From Nitrososphaerota archaeon (GTDB lineage Archaea > Thermoproteota > Nitrososphaeria > Nitrososphaerales > JACQRY01), in contig JACPCU010000020.1 of NCBI GenBank assembly GCA_016184315.1, positions 21,025-85,024 of the forward strand: a stretch of DNA of 64,000 nucleotides, in the 5' to 3' direction. Positions within the stretch are counted from its first letter, which is position 1, and each line of letters opens with the position of its first letter. Below, one piece after another: positions 46,837-57,388 of the stretch. A program made the translations under genes and the position numbers. The notes under the pieces were generated by a model. The model was given only the letters and a program-made list of their open reading frames with translations. It was not told the DNA's origin and did no database searches.

Positions 46837-47778
46837 TTAACTTGATTGGGTCTTCATCCAGTCGACTACGCTCTTTAACCCTTCTTCTAAGGTTACTTTC
46901 GGCTGCCAACCTAGCATCTTCTTTGCCCTATTGTTGTCCAAGAGCATCCTTCGGATTTCACCTGGCTTGGCCTCGGATCGACGTGGCTTGATCTCTGTTT
47001 TGAGTATCTTGGATAGGGTGTTGTACAGATGGTTGACGGATGTTTCAGTGTTGGTGGAGAGAATGATAGGTCTACTATCTGTCCGAGTACTCATGGCTGT
47101 GATTAAAGCGTCTACGATGTCAGAGACGTAGATGAAATCTCTTGTGGATTCACCGTCACCCCAAATCTCAGATGCTTCGTTTCTCAACAGTTTCTCCGTG
47201 AATTCAGCGATAACAGGCTTCCAGTTGGATGTGGATCGTTGACGGGGCCCGTAGACGGTTGCGAAGCGGAAGATGGTGCAGGGGACTCCGAATGTCTTGC
47301 TGTAGACTCTGATCTCGTTTTCGGAAGCCAGTTTGTGAACATCATAGGGAGTTGCTGGGTCATCGGGGAAGCCTTCGTCTATGGGAAGGCGGCCTTCTCC
47401 GATGCCGTATATCCCTGAGTTACTAGAGTAGATCACCTTGGCCTTGTTCTGTTTGGCCAGCTCCAAGATGGAGATGGTGCTCTTCTGGTTCACGTCAAGG
47501 TCCCGCCAAGGGTCTGCGAAACTGTTTTGCCTAGGATGACATGCCAAATGGTAGATAACATCTGGGATAGAAGATGCTAGATGTTTACGCACATTCTCAT
47601 AGCTTGACGCTAGGTCTATGTTAACCAGCTTCACCTTATTTTTTGCTTGGATTAGATTACTTTCTCTGCCTGTCGATAAATTGTCGACTATTGCAACCTT
47701 GTGTCCTAAGGCGATGAGCTGATCAACTAGATGGGAGCCTATGAACCCTGCGCCACCTGTAACTAGAATGTTCTTCAT
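46837..47778 (-). CDS. NAD-dependent nucleotide-sugar epimerase/dehydratase
   Basis: Contains ILVTGGAGFIGSHL and YDVHK (YxxxK). Confidence 0.9.
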   Translation of the reverse strand: MKNILVTGGAGFIGSHLVDQLIALGHKVAIVDNLSTGRESNLIQAKNKVKLVNIDLASSYENVRKHLASSIPDVIYHLACHPRQNSFADPWRDLDVNQKSTISILELAKQNKAKVIYSSNSGIYGIGEGRLPIDEGFPDDPATPYDVHKLASENEIRVYSKTFGVPCTIFRFATVYGPRQRSTSNWKPVIAEFTEKLLRNEASEIWGDGESTRDFIYVSDIVDALITAMSTRTDSRPIILSTNTETSVNHLYNTLSKILKTEIKPRRSEAKPGEIRRMLLDNNRAKKMLGWQPKVTLEEGLKSVVDWMKTQSS

Positions 47779-48753
47779 CGTTTGCCTCCAGCGACTTCCT
47801 CAGCAACTATCATATGAGTCTTAACAACCTTCTCTGCACTGTGATGCTTCAAGACATATTCTCTACTCAATTTACCCAACTGCTGACGATAAGAAGCATC
47901 CCGCAGCCTCACCATAGCATCATAGATCTGCTCAGAGTTGCACGCGTTTACTGTAGGCGCAGCCTCACCATAGCATTTCTCATGCCACTGGGACAGATAG
48001 ATTACGTACGAACTTCACAGAGTGAATCTGAAGTTCATGGACAAGGGTCTTGCTTCTCTCTACGTCAAGCCCCCATTCCGCCAGTATCAGAGTGGTGTCG
48101 TTGAATTCCTTATCATATTTTGCATACGCCTTAAGCAAAACATCATTGCCTTTCTCAGACCATTTGTGCCTAGCAGGGGCAAAGAACACCAAGCCATCAT
48201 GTTGCCGCCTTATCTCAACAGGCTTGTATCTCTCGGTATCGATGAAGAAGGGGACGAACCTTAGTCTAGATTCATCTATACCTGCAAGCCTGAAGAAGGG
48301 CGTTGTATCAGGATTAGTATAGAGAACTCGTTTAGCACGTCTATAGCTTAGGAGCAACATATGCAACCGTATATCCGAATAAATCTTCTTGGGGTAGATC
48401 TGCATTCTCTTCGAATGGGGCAGATAACGTATGAGACCTGCATCATAAGGTACATACGCTCTGTGTACAAACTGGGCGTATAGGGAAGAAGGAACATGGC
48501 AAAAGACTACGTCATACTTATTCATCAAGCTCATTATCTTGAGAACATTAATCTTGTCGCTGACGAATCTATCTTTCTTGAAGGTCTTGATCCATGACGA
48601 TTTAGACGCTTCAGGGTCTTCCCATCTGGGATCTGAGAACTTGGCCGCCTTATCGCTGAAGACCAGCAAATCGGCTTCTATTCCCATATGTCTCATGGCT
48701 TTGGTGACATGGTAGGCATCTTGCGCCATGTTGAAAGCGTTAAGAATCTTCAT
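47775..48753 (-). pseudogene. GT-B (GT1/GT4-like) glycosyltransferase, frame-disrupted
   Basis: The 257-aa N-part stops at 47980. A GT-like C-terminus (..NSEQIYDAMVRLRDASYRQQLGKLSREYVLKHHSAEKV..) continues in another frame from 48014 to a TGA that overlaps the epimerase ATG (ATGA). A 19-nt direct repeat sits at the junction. Confidence 0.55.
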
Positions 48754-49025
48754 TACAGAGCTGGGTAATCGTTAGGGTTCAATGATAAATCTCTTCCCAA
48801 CAGAATTAGACTAGTTATTGATGGGATGGCATTGCTAGGAAATAACACCTAGCAAAATCTTCATGGCTTAGACAGAATAAAGAGACACAGTATCATACAC
48901 AGATGAACTACAAAGATAATAGGCTCTATGAGGATGCAGATCCTTAATGGGTTTCTTTACTGCGAAAAGAAGAATGCTAATGCAGAAGCAAAATCTGGGC
49001 GCGTCATAAGCCAGGGGCAGTCAAA

Positions 49026-49874
49026 ATGAATGTCAAAAAATGGTTATTGGAAAAATTAATGCAAATCGAGTTCATGAAAAATGAGCTGGATGTCAGAAAG
49101 CGAGAGTCTTTGACCAGAGAAAAGAAAACCGTTGAAAGCTTTGATTGGCAGTGGAGATACTTAGCAGAAGATGGGCCTGACAAGAAGGGGGCTGTTTTAC
49201 TCTGGGCGCCGGGTTGGCGAGAAAAAGTTGATAGTATGATTCAAGATGAGTTAGGTCTTACAAAGGAGAATCTTGTCGGCAAGAAGGTTTTGGACGTAGG
49301 CTGTGGTCAGGGCCGCTGGACTTACGGCTTTAAGAAGATAGATTGTGATGTCTTAGGAATTGACACAAGCCCTGCTGGTATTGAATACGCGAGAAGATGG
49401 GGTCTCAACACTAGGGTTTTGAATCTCTTCGAAATAGCCAATGCTGATCTTGCTGGCAAATTCGACTTCGTATGGTGTTGGGGCGTAATCCACCATACTG
49501 CAGATCCTAAGCGAGCTTTCCAAGCCATTGTCGAAGCCGCCAAACCGGAAGGTTTTATCCACTGCTACGTGTACAGTCATCCTCGCTCACGCCGAATCAA
49601 AATGATGCGTGCCTTCCTGAAGCCATTTAGCTTCCCTACGCGCCGCTGGATCATTAGATTCTGGGTTAGAGTAGGCTTCTATCACGGCAGCGTGCATGAA
49701 GCCTTTGATGCATTGTCACCTGACATCAATAAGGAGATCCCTGAGGAAGAAATCCGAAATTGGTGCAAGGAGTTGGGGTTACGTTATGAACGACGTTATC
49801 CAGCATGGGCACGTAGTAGCAAAGACATTTTCTTTAACGCGTGGCGGGATTCAGGCCCAAACCATAAGGTTTGA
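49026..49874 (+). CDS. class I SAM-dependent methyltransferase (paralog of 45257-45922)
   Basis: Contains VLDVGCGQGRW and CWGVIHHTADPKRAF. Confidence 0.85.
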   Translation: MNVKKWLLEKLMQIEFMKNELDVRKRESLTREKKTVESFDWQWRYLAEDGPDKKGAVLLWAPGWREKVDSMIQDELGLTKENLVGKKVLDVGCGQGRWTYGFKKIDCDVLGIDTSPAGIEYARRWGLNTRVLNLFEIANADLAGKFDFVWCWGVIHHTADPKRAFQAIVEAAKPEGFIHCYVYSHPRSRRIKMMRAFLKPFSFPTRRWIIRFWVRVGFYHGSVHEAFDALSPDINKEIPEEEIRNWCKELGLRYERRYPAWARSSKDIFFNAWRDSGPNHKV

Positions 49875-49928
49875 CAATTGAGGTTCTGTTCTTTCTTCGA
49901 AACTTAGCAGGCTAGATCATCCTCCCGT

Positions 49929-50114
49929 TCATTGAAGATTAATGTGCAATGGCGAAGACCCTGGGAACATCCACGCTCTGTAACCTAGGACAAGTTTTTG
50001 ATAACTCTGCGGGGTTATGCGATTCTTGAGTTTATATTGGAAGGGAGGAGATACACACCCATACCACGAAGAGTTATCACAACCTAAGACAGTTTCACCT
50101 ATCTCCAAGGTCAT
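49929..50114 (-). CDS. hypothetical small protein (doubtful)
   Basis: The 61-aa ORF start overlaps the upstream gene's stop (ATGA). Trp/Cys/Tyr-rich composition argues against real coding. Confidence 0.2.
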   Translation of the reverse strand: MTLEIGETVLGCDNSSWYGCVSPPFQYKLKNRITPQSYQKLVLGYRAWMFPGSSPLHINLQ

Positions 50115-52150
50115 GAATTGAGCTGCTCAGCCAAAACTGCGGGATCAATGGTAGGTCTTTCACATACGGATCTTCTGCAGATGTAGGCTGTGGTTTGATT
50201 GTTAACTGGGGCTTTACCTTTGAGTAGCGTTATCTTTTCTGATCCGTCTTGACTTACTTGTAATGCTACGATCAGATTCGGCCTGTAGGGTTCGAAAACT
50301 ATGGACAGCATCTTACCGAGGCTTTCTGAATTAGATTCACCAACCAGAGCCACTTCCACGGGAGGAGACAGATAGGCTCCTAGGGCGGTGAGCCAGCTTG
50401 ATACCGATGTAGGCTGCTGGTCTATTACGCGTGCTATTGATTTTAGGGCCTTCTCGGATGCCTCCCTGAATCTTGATTCACCGGTGTAGCCGTAGAGTAA
50501 TAGTAGCATTTTTGTTGCTATGGAGCCTGCCGAAGGTATGGAGTAATCAAACGTGTTTTTGGGTCTGGCGATGAGCTGTTCATGGTCGCTAGGAGTGTCG
50601 TAGAAGCCTCCGTTCTGAGGGTCTTGGAAACGATTCAGAATCGTTTCTGTGAGCGAGTAAGCTGATTCGAACCATTTTGGATCAAAGGTTGTCTGGTATA
50701 GGCTGAGAAAACCGTCTGCGAGGAACGCATAGTCCTCCAGCAAACCGTTAGCTTTGGATACGCCATCCTTCCACGTGTGCATCAGTCTACCGTTAGCAAT
50801 CATGTTTTCGGAAACGAATTTCGCATTAGCTTCAGCAACGGCCTTGTAATCATCTCTCTTCAAGACTCTGGTTGCTTCAGAGAAGCTTCTCATCATCAAG
50901 CCGTTCCATGAAGCCATGACTTTATCGTCTCTAGCTGGACTCACTCGTTTCTCTCTAGTATCAAAGACTTTCTTTTTGCCTTCGTCTACGATCTTGTTTA
51001 GTTCTTCAATCGACATTTCCAGAGTCTGGGCTACTCCCTCAGGCTCAGATGAGATGTTCAGTATGTTCTTACCATCAAAATTGCCTTCTTCGGACACGTT
51101 GAAGAATTCGCAGAAGACTCGTCCTTTCTCCTTGCCCAGTAATTCTTCAATTTCCTGTTTGCTCCAAATGTAATATTTGCCCTCCTCTCCTTCGCTGTCC
51201 GCGTCCTGAGTAGAGAAGAAGCCTCCTTGAAGATGTCGCATTTGGCTGATCACATAGTCCAGTGTTTCCTCCACCACTTTCTTGAAGAGAGGTTTCTGAG
51301 TTGCTTGGTAGGCGTGCAGGTAGACCAAGCTCAGCTGCGCGTTGTCATAAAGCATCTTCTCGAAGTGAGGCACCAGCCAATGGGAATCCACGGAGTAGCG
51401 GTGGAAACCTCCTCCAACATGATCGTAGATACCTCCTCTGGCCATTTTTGTAAGCGTATGCTCAACCATGCGTAACCCATAGTTCAGTCCGGGGTGTGTG
51501 CTGAGCCAAAGGAGAAGTTCCAGAATGGACGGTTGGGGGAACTTAGGTGCTCCGCCGAAGCCGCCGTTCGTCCTGTCGTAGGAATAGGTGAACTGCAGAA
51601 ACGCGTTCTCCAACGTGGCAAAGGTCATTTCAAAGCTTTCTGCAGGAGGGATTTTGTGATTCAACGCTTCACTTATTGAGAGCGCGCTCTTCTCGACCTC
51701 TTGCCGCTTCTGCTTATAAGCATCTGCGACGGCGGTCAACACCCGTTTGAACGATGGTATTTCTCCTCGATCTTCGGGAGGGAAGTATGTGCCCCCATAG
51801 AACGGTTTGCCTTCAGGTGTCAGGAATACTGTCATGGGCCAGCCTCCTTGTCCAGTGATGGCTTGAACAGCATCCATGTAGATCGCGTCAAGATCAGGTC
51901 GTTCTTCTCGGTCGACCTTTATGCTGACGAAGTTCCCGTTCATCAACTGAGCAGTTTCATGGTCTTCAAAGGACTCCTTTTCCATCACGTGACACCAGTG
52001 GCAAGCGGAGTAGCCTATGCTGACGAGGATCGGTTTGTCTTCGCCCTTGGCTTTTGTTAGGGCTTCTTCGCCCCATGGATACCAGTCTACCGGGTTGTTC
52101 GCGTGTTGCTGGAGGTAGGGGCTTGTTTCTTTGGCTAACCTGTTAGGCAT
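50111..52150 (-). CDS. thioredoxin-domain protein, DUF255/YyaL (SSP411-like) family
   Basis: Contains [47 protein letters not shown]. Confidence 0.9.
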   Translation of the reverse strand: MPNRLAKETSPYLQQHANNPVDWYPWGEEALTKAKGEDKPILVSIGYSACHWCHVMEKESFEDHETAQLMNGNFVSIKVDREERPDLDAIYMDAVQAITGQGGWPMTVFLTPEGKPFYGGTYFPPEDRGEIPSFKRVLTAVADAYKQKRQEVEKSALSISEALNHKIPPAESFEMTFATLENAFLQFTYSYDRTNGGFGGAPKFPQPSILELLLWLSTHPGLNYGLRMVEHTLTKMARGGIYDHVGGGFHRYSVDSHWLVPHFEKMLYDNAQLSLVYLHAYQATQKPLFKKVVEETLDYVISQMRHLQGGFFSTQDADSEGEEGKYYIWSKQEIEELLGKEKGRVFCEFFNVSEEGNFDGKNILNISSEPEGVAQTLEMSIEELNKIVDEGKKKVFDTREKRVSPARDDKVMASWNGLMMRSFSEATRVLKRDDYKAVAEANAKFVSENMIANGRLMHTWKDGVSKANGLLEDYAFLADGFLSLYQTTFDPKWFESAYSLTETILNRFQDPQNGGFYDTPSDHEQLIARPKNTFDYSIPSAGSIATKMLLLLYGYTGESRFREASEKALKSIARVIDQQPTSVSSWLTALGAYLSPPVEVALVGESNSESLGKMLSIVFEPYRPNLIVALQVSQDGSEKITLLKGKAPVNNQTTAYICRRSVCERPTIDPAVLAEQLNS

Positions 52151-52348
52151 CTATGTTCGACACGATCTTGCGGTTTGTGCAGATATGAAAGGCTTACTTC
52201 ACCCTGTCTGATAACTCTACGGGCTTCTAACCACTGGTTGAGTTCACATTAGAATGGGGAGATGCGCACGCATTCAATGAAGAGTCATTGGGGGGCCTTT
52301 TCAAGACATTTTCCTTGTCCTAGTGGTTTCACCGTTAACGAAAACTCC

Positions 52349-53437
52349 TTAAGAATTGATGCTACATCCTTGCGACCAGTAAGTTTTCTTTGCCCAAAGA
52401 CTTACGTTTACCAGACTTATCATGACTGGAACTTCAATCAAGGGACCTATTACGGTTGCAAAGGCTTCAAGTGAAACAAGACCGAAAACAGAGACTGCCA
52501 CAGCAATGGCTAGCTCGAAGTTGTTACTCGCGGCCGTGAACGCGAGTGAAGTAGTTCTCGGATAGTCTAATTTCGCGTAGCATCCAAAGGCGAATGAAGC
52601 CAAGAACATTATGACGAAGTAGACCAACAACGGTATTGCAACTCGAATAACAACAAGAGGAAGGTTCACTATGTATTCGCCTTTGAGGGCGAACATTACT
52701 ACTATTGTAAATAATAGGGCGAGAAGAGAGGTGGGACTAATCTTTGAGAGGTAACTCTTGTACCAATCCATCCCTTTTCTACGCTGGAGATAGAATCTAC
52801 TTATCATCCCTCCGAAGAATGGAATGCCAAGATAGATTGCGACGGACTGAGCTACCTCCAACAATGAAAGTTGAACTACTACAGATTCGCCAGAAATCCA
52901 CGAGCCAGCTATAGTTATGTAGAAATAAGCCAGAATAGAGTAGAAAGCTATCTGAAAGACCGAGTTCAATGCTACAAGTATGGCTGCCCACTCGTTATCT
53001 CCTTTAGCAAGGTTGTTCCAAACTACCACCATAGCTATGCACCTCGCCAAGCCTACGACGATGATCCCGTTTCTAAGGGCCGGTTGATCTGCGAGAAAAA
53101 TCCAAGCTAAAGCAAACATAAGAAGAGGGCCCATCCCCCAATTCAAAACGAGCGAGGATGAGAGCATGGTTCTAGAGTCTCTTGCTCCTATTACAGTCTT
53201 CAAATTCTCATACTTGACCCTCGCCAATGGCGGATACATCATCCATATCAGTCCGACTGCTATAGGGATAGACGTTGTGCCAATACTCATAGAACCGACA
53301 ATGCTAGAAGCTTCTGGTACAGCATAACCTAACCCAACGCCAAGTATCATCGCCAAGAAAACCCATAATGTAAGAAATTTACTGAGCCAAGGAAGCCTAG
53401 TATCAGGCTTCCCAGTTACCTCCAAGATAGTCAGCAA
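52349..53437 (-). CDS. acr3: arsenite efflux permease, ACR3 family
   Basis: Ten-TM-type protein with LARCIAMVVVWNNLAKGDNEWAAILVALNSVFQI, the ACR3 signature with conserved Cys. Confidence 0.88.
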   Translation of the reverse strand: MLTILEVTGKPDTRLPWLSKFLTLWVFLAMILGVGLGYAVPEASSIVGSMSIGTTSIPIAVGLIWMMYPPLARVKYENLKTVIGARDSRTMLSSSLVLNWGMGPLLMFALAWIFLADQPALRNGIIVVGLARCIAMVVVWNNLAKGDNEWAAILVALNSVFQIAFYSILAYFYITIAGSWISGESVVVQLSLLEVAQSVAIYLGIPFFGGMISRFYLQRRKGMDWYKSYLSKISPTSLLALLFTIVVMFALKGEYIVNLPLVVIRVAIPLLVYFVIMFLASFAFGCYAKLDYPRTTSLAFTAASNNFELAIAVAVSVFGLVSLEAFATVIGPLIEVPVMISLVNVSLWAKKTYWSQGCSINS

Positions 53438-53918
53438 TTTTATCCATGCAACGTATTTAATTGTGTCGATATGAAGTAAGAATCATGAACGTCTCAATTA
53501 CTTGACGTTAAAACGACTACCATTGAGATCTGCTAAGTTGATAATAATAGAGACTACGCCTTAGAGTTGAAGTAGTTTGCTGTGAGCGTGGTAAATACTG
53601 CTCAGCCTAAAGTAAGACCGAGCTGATTCAGATACGATCCCATTATTCAAAGCTAACCCTCCGTTAGCAGTAAGCCAATGGCTCACATATGTAGGAACTT
53701 TGTTTGCGAGAAGCCAGACCAGATCCATACTTCTTCAAGAAGCTCTTGGCGCATCTTAACCCATTTTTGAAAACAGCATCACCACAGCTATGCTGTGATT
53801 TGCTCTCATTTCTAAATACGGTTTTGTTCAATCGTAGAGACCTAGCCAGTCCGTTAGTCATCCATGTCCATTAGATATTGGTTATTCAAATATGGAACGC
53901 TCGGTTTCCTTCAAAGTG

Positions 53919-53975
53919 TCGTTGACAGTATTAGACCAGTTTTCAGTTTGGTTGACGAGTTTGAATGTCAACGAA
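53919..53975. promoter_or_regulatory. GTTGAC-motif cluster upstream of the aquaporin gene
   Basis: TCGTTGACA (53919-53927) and its perfect inverse TGTCAACGA (53967-53975), with a third GGTTGACGA between them (53950-53958). Confidence 0.3.
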
Positions 53976-54082
53976 AACTTGTCAGTTCTTTGAGTGATAA
54001 TGTAACATCCTCTGAATAAGTGAGATAAGTAATTATTTCCGATAAGTTTAATACACGTCACGCAAGGACGTGTAAACTGACT

Positions 54083-54772
54083 ATGATTAACACGAAGGCT
54101 GTGTTAGCTGAGCTTGTTGGAACATTTACATTGGTATTCTTCATAGTGATGTCAATCATCGTATATGTAGTGGTTCTCAAGAACGATTCACCCACTGGCG
54201 CCCTTGTTGGAATTGCTCTGGTTCACGGTGTAGCCCTACTCTCACTTGTCTATGCGATCGGCCCTGTCTCAGGGTGTCATCTTAATCCTGCGGTAACCAT
54301 CGCTTTGACAGCAATCAAAAAGATAAAGCCTGCTGATGCAGTAGCCTACATAATTGTCCAGATAATAGGTGCGACAATTGCATCCTTCTTAGCAGCTTCC
54401 ATTCTTCCACAAGGAAGCGCAGTGAAGTTCGGACTTACCCTTCCGAGTGCCAATATAGGGAACAGTCAAGCAGTAGCTATTCTTGTAGAGATAGTGCTAA
54501 CATTCTTCCTCATGATGAGCATCATGGGCGGCGCGGTCTCACCGAAAGCTCCCCCAGGCGCATCAGGCTTGACGATCGGCCTTACCCTTGCTGGCGCTAT
54601 ATTTATAGGCGCCCCTCTCAGCGGTGCATCACTGAACCCGGCGAGAACTGTAGGTCCTGCCCTCGTATCTGGTGTGTTCGACGCTCACATCATTTACTGG
54701 ATCGGCCCCATTGTAGGGGCCTTGATCGCTGCATTCCTATACAAATATGCCATTATGGAAAAAGAACGCTAG
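54083..54772 (+). CDS. aqpM: MIP-family channel (aquaporin/aquaglyceroporin)
   Basis: Two NPA boxes: GCHLNPAVT and GASLNPART. Confidence 0.93.
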   Translation: MINTKAVLAELVGTFTLVFFIVMSIIVYVVVLKNDSPTGALVGIALVHGVALLSLVYAIGPVSGCHLNPAVTIALTAIKKIKPADAVAYIIVQIIGATIASFLAASILPQGSAVKFGLTLPSANIGNSQAVAILVEIVLTFFLMMSIMGGAVSPKAPPGASGLTIGLTLAGAIFIGAPLSGASLNPARTVGPALVSGVFDAHIIYWIGPIVGALIAAFLYKYAIMEKER

Positions 54773-54814
54773 GAAAAGTTGACCGTCACAACCATCTAAT
54801 CAAAGTGCTCAGTT

Positions 54815-55921
54815 CTATTTGCTGGTTGGGACGAATCGTTTAGATATTAGCGTAGGAACAATGGCGCTTAGTATCACAGCCACCACAGTAATAGTAAACT
54901 GAGCCGAGTCCAAGAACCCAAGGTCCCTACCCAAAGTAGCTGTGATTGTGCCCACAGTTAGACCTGTACTGAATAACATAGTCGAGAACATAGGTGCTTG
55001 AGGAATCCATTTCCTGCAAAGCCAGTAAGTGCCTATGAACTTGGAGACTAGCTTAGCTATTAGAACACCGACAACAAGAAGCAAGCTGCTACTAACTGCA
55101 GCCAAAGATATCAACATGCCTGCTTTGACGAAAAACGCTGGTGCCAGAAGCCCAAAAGTCACTGTCCTCAGCTTTGAGAGTACTTGTTGATGCTGTTGAA
55201 TACTATTAGCGAATATCAGCCCCAGTATGAATGCTCCAAATACCGCGTGCAACTTGGCTTCATCAGCAAAGAAGGATACTCCCAGAAGTGAAGCCAACAC
55301 AAGTCTAAACTCTATCTCCACAGATCTGCCGCCATAGGCTTTGACAACTGTCCCCAAGAGCCTAGGTACAAGATAAACGAGCAAGAGTAGTAGACCTACG
55401 AAAACTATCGTAATAATATCAAAGGAGGGCGCGACCAAGTTTATGCCAATAAGTGTAAGAATATCATTGACAAACGTTGAGGCTATGATAGTCTTTGCAA
55501 TTGACCCTTTGATTAAATCATACTCTGTAAGTACCGCGTAAACCACGGCTACAGATGTGGTTGTCAATGCTAATGAAGCAGATAATTTCGCTTGCAAGCT
55601 CCACCCCGTGACCAAACTCAGGAAAAGAAATACTCCTAGGAGCGGAGCCAAAAACGCCAGAAAACCAATAGAAAAGCTCTCCTTTGCCCTTGATCTCAGA
55701 AGGACAAACTCAACTTCCGCTCCTGCCAGAAAGGTCAGAATAAGTCCGCCAAATGTCCCCAAGAAGTCAAGCCAAGGCGCCAAACCTACACCTAACACAT
55801 TGGCAATTAGAATCCCTATGATGACCTCAAAGATGGATGACGATATTCTGGTCTTTAAAGCTATAATACCTGCAACAACTATGCTTATTGAAATTAGGGC
55901 AGTACTGTAAAGATCAACCAT
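54815..55921 (-). CDS. cation:proton antiporter (CPA2-type membrane domain)
   Basis: 368-aa polytopic protein with a Na+/H+ exchanger-like pattern (FLAGAEVEF, GLLAPAFFVKAG). Confidence 0.8.
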   Translation of the reverse strand: MVDLYSTALISISIVVAGIIALKTRISSSIFEVIIGILIANVLGVGLAPWLDFLGTFGGLILTFLAGAEVEFVLLRSRAKESFSIGFLAFLAPLLGVFLFLSLVTGWSLQAKLSASLALTTTSVAVVYAVLTEYDLIKGSIAKTIIASTFVNDILTLIGINLVAPSFDIITIVFVGLLLLLVYLVPRLLGTVVKAYGGRSVEIEFRLVLASLLGVSFFADEAKLHAVFGAFILGLIFANSIQQHQQVLSKLRTVTFGLLAPAFFVKAGMLISLAAVSSSLLLVVGVLIAKLVSKFIGTYWLCRKWIPQAPMFSTMLFSTGLTVGTITATLGRDLGFLDSAQFTITVVAVILSAIVPTLISKRFVPTSK

Positions 55922-56104
55922 TGTTGCCTACCATTCCAATTCTGTTGGTAGGCATTATCATCCTCGTACATGGAGGCGGTTCTGGCTTCTTTTCAAGCCA
56001 CGGCTAATGCCATAGCCAACAACGATGAAAGTTGAAGCAAACTTAAATGTTTCTTTGTGCCTCCGACGCCAATCATATAAGATCCTGTACCCCCAACTAG
56101 TCAA

Positions 56105-56350
56105 GTGAGATACTCCCAGATGACGGATCGAAAACAGGAGATAGCTGCAAAAGCCTTGAAGATTTTGGAGATGATTCCTACAGAAGACTCAGTCGCAACT
56201 CTTAGGCAGATCTCTTCTCCCACTGCCCAGCGATCAGATTTGAAGTATGCTTACAAGTTGCTGCAAATGCTGGATGAAGGCAGGTTAGATGAAGCTGAAT
56301 CTAAGCTGGAGATGTTGACTTCTTGGCATGAACAGTGCGTCGGAGGCTAG
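56105..56350 (+). CDS. hypothetical small helical protein
   Basis: 81-aa ORF of balanced composition. No motif recognised. Confidence 0.4.
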   Translation: MRYSQMTDRKQEIAAKALKILEMIPTEDSVATLRQISSPTAQRSDLKYAYKLLQMLDEGRLDEAESKLEMLTSWHEQCVGG

Positions 56351-56895
56351 CTTGAGATGAAAGAGACAAATGTAGACCTCTTCACACTCATACTATTTCA
56401 TTGGGTAGCGTGTTCACACAACAGCCAATATGCCGAGCCCTCATAAAGACCTAAGCCATTCGCATACACCCTAAACTTACACGTATGCTGGCACCGCATC
56501 TATAGAAAGAGTGACTCCACCATCTTCCTATGTCTTTCCGAAACTTTTGCAGACAGCAACCATCTTCCCTGCAATCCACCATATACATATCCAACGAATC
56601 TCCGAGCAAAGATATGGGACTCCGCGAATCCAGTGGATTTTTTCTCCGCGCACACAGCAACAACCCATGGCCAACATACCGATCAAAAACGTAAACCACC
56701 ACCGCCAAACAACAAGGAAAACAAGCCGACCAGCAAAAATCAGCCAAAAACAGACCCTGAACCTACTTAAACCCCCCCTAGTCACCTAATCAACACAGGA
56801 GCCCACAAAAACAAAAAACTTCACAACACCAGCTAAGCCGACTGAAAATAGTTAAATAACATGCTTCAAGGCCTAGGGCAAAACAGTGTGCAGCG

Positions 56896-57174
56896 TTGAA
56901 GATGCCAAAGGAGCTCAAAACCTACTGCAAGAAATGCAACAAGTACACCAACCATACCGTCTCCATCTACAAGAGAGGAAAGGAAAGGACAGGAGCAGAA
57001 GGAGCAAGGAGACACGCCGAGGACAAGAAGGGCTACGGAGGACAGAAATTTCCCGAGCTCGTCAGAACAGCTAAGACCACCAAAAAGCAGACCCTCAAAC
57101 TGAAATGCTCCGTCTGCGGTAAACAGATCATGAAGCCAGGACTCAGATTACGAAAGCTGGAGATACAAGCTTAG
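56896..57174 (+). CDS. rpl44e: 50S ribosomal protein L44e (eL42)
   Basis: PKELKTYCKKCNKYTNHTVSIYKRGK..KCSVCGK. The likely true start is the ATG at 56902. Confidence 0.95.
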   Translation: MKMPKELKTYCKKCNKYTNHTVSIYKRGKERTGAEGARRHAEDKKGYGGQKFPELVRTAKTTKKQTLKLKCSVCGKQIMKPGLRLRKLEIQA

Positions 57175-57190
57175 AAGGAGCAAGAACGCT

Positions 57191-57388
57191 TTGAAAAAAG
57201 AGCGAATATCTATTCCAAGACCTCAGACAGCCTTCATCTTGGTTCAATGCCCCAACTGTGGCAACGAAGTCACAGTATTCTCCACGTCAACCGCCAAAGT
57301 GAAATGCAACGTCTGCGACGCCATTATCGCTGAAAACACAGGTGGCAAAGCAAAGATCAACGGCACAGTCCTGAGACGCCTAGACTAA
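57191..57388 (+). CDS. rps27e: 30S ribosomal protein S27e (eS27)
   Basis: FILVQCPNCGNEVTVFSTSTAKVKCNVCDAIIAENTGGKAKI. Confidence 0.95.
   Translation: MKKERISIPRPQTAFILVQCPNCGNEVTVFSTSTAKVKCNVCDAIIAENTGGKAKINGTVLRRLD

Noticed and set aside
53664-53861. 65-aa minus-strand ORF in the acr3/aqp spacer as a candidate ArsR-like regulator.
   Set aside because: No HTH or metal-binding CxC motif. The composition is basic and low in complexity, and the start context is not convincing.
56451-56789. Three overlapping ~90-aa ORFs on both strands.
   Set aside because: They are mutually exclusive, and their compositions simply mirror the C+A/G+T strand skew of the tract. No motifs were found.
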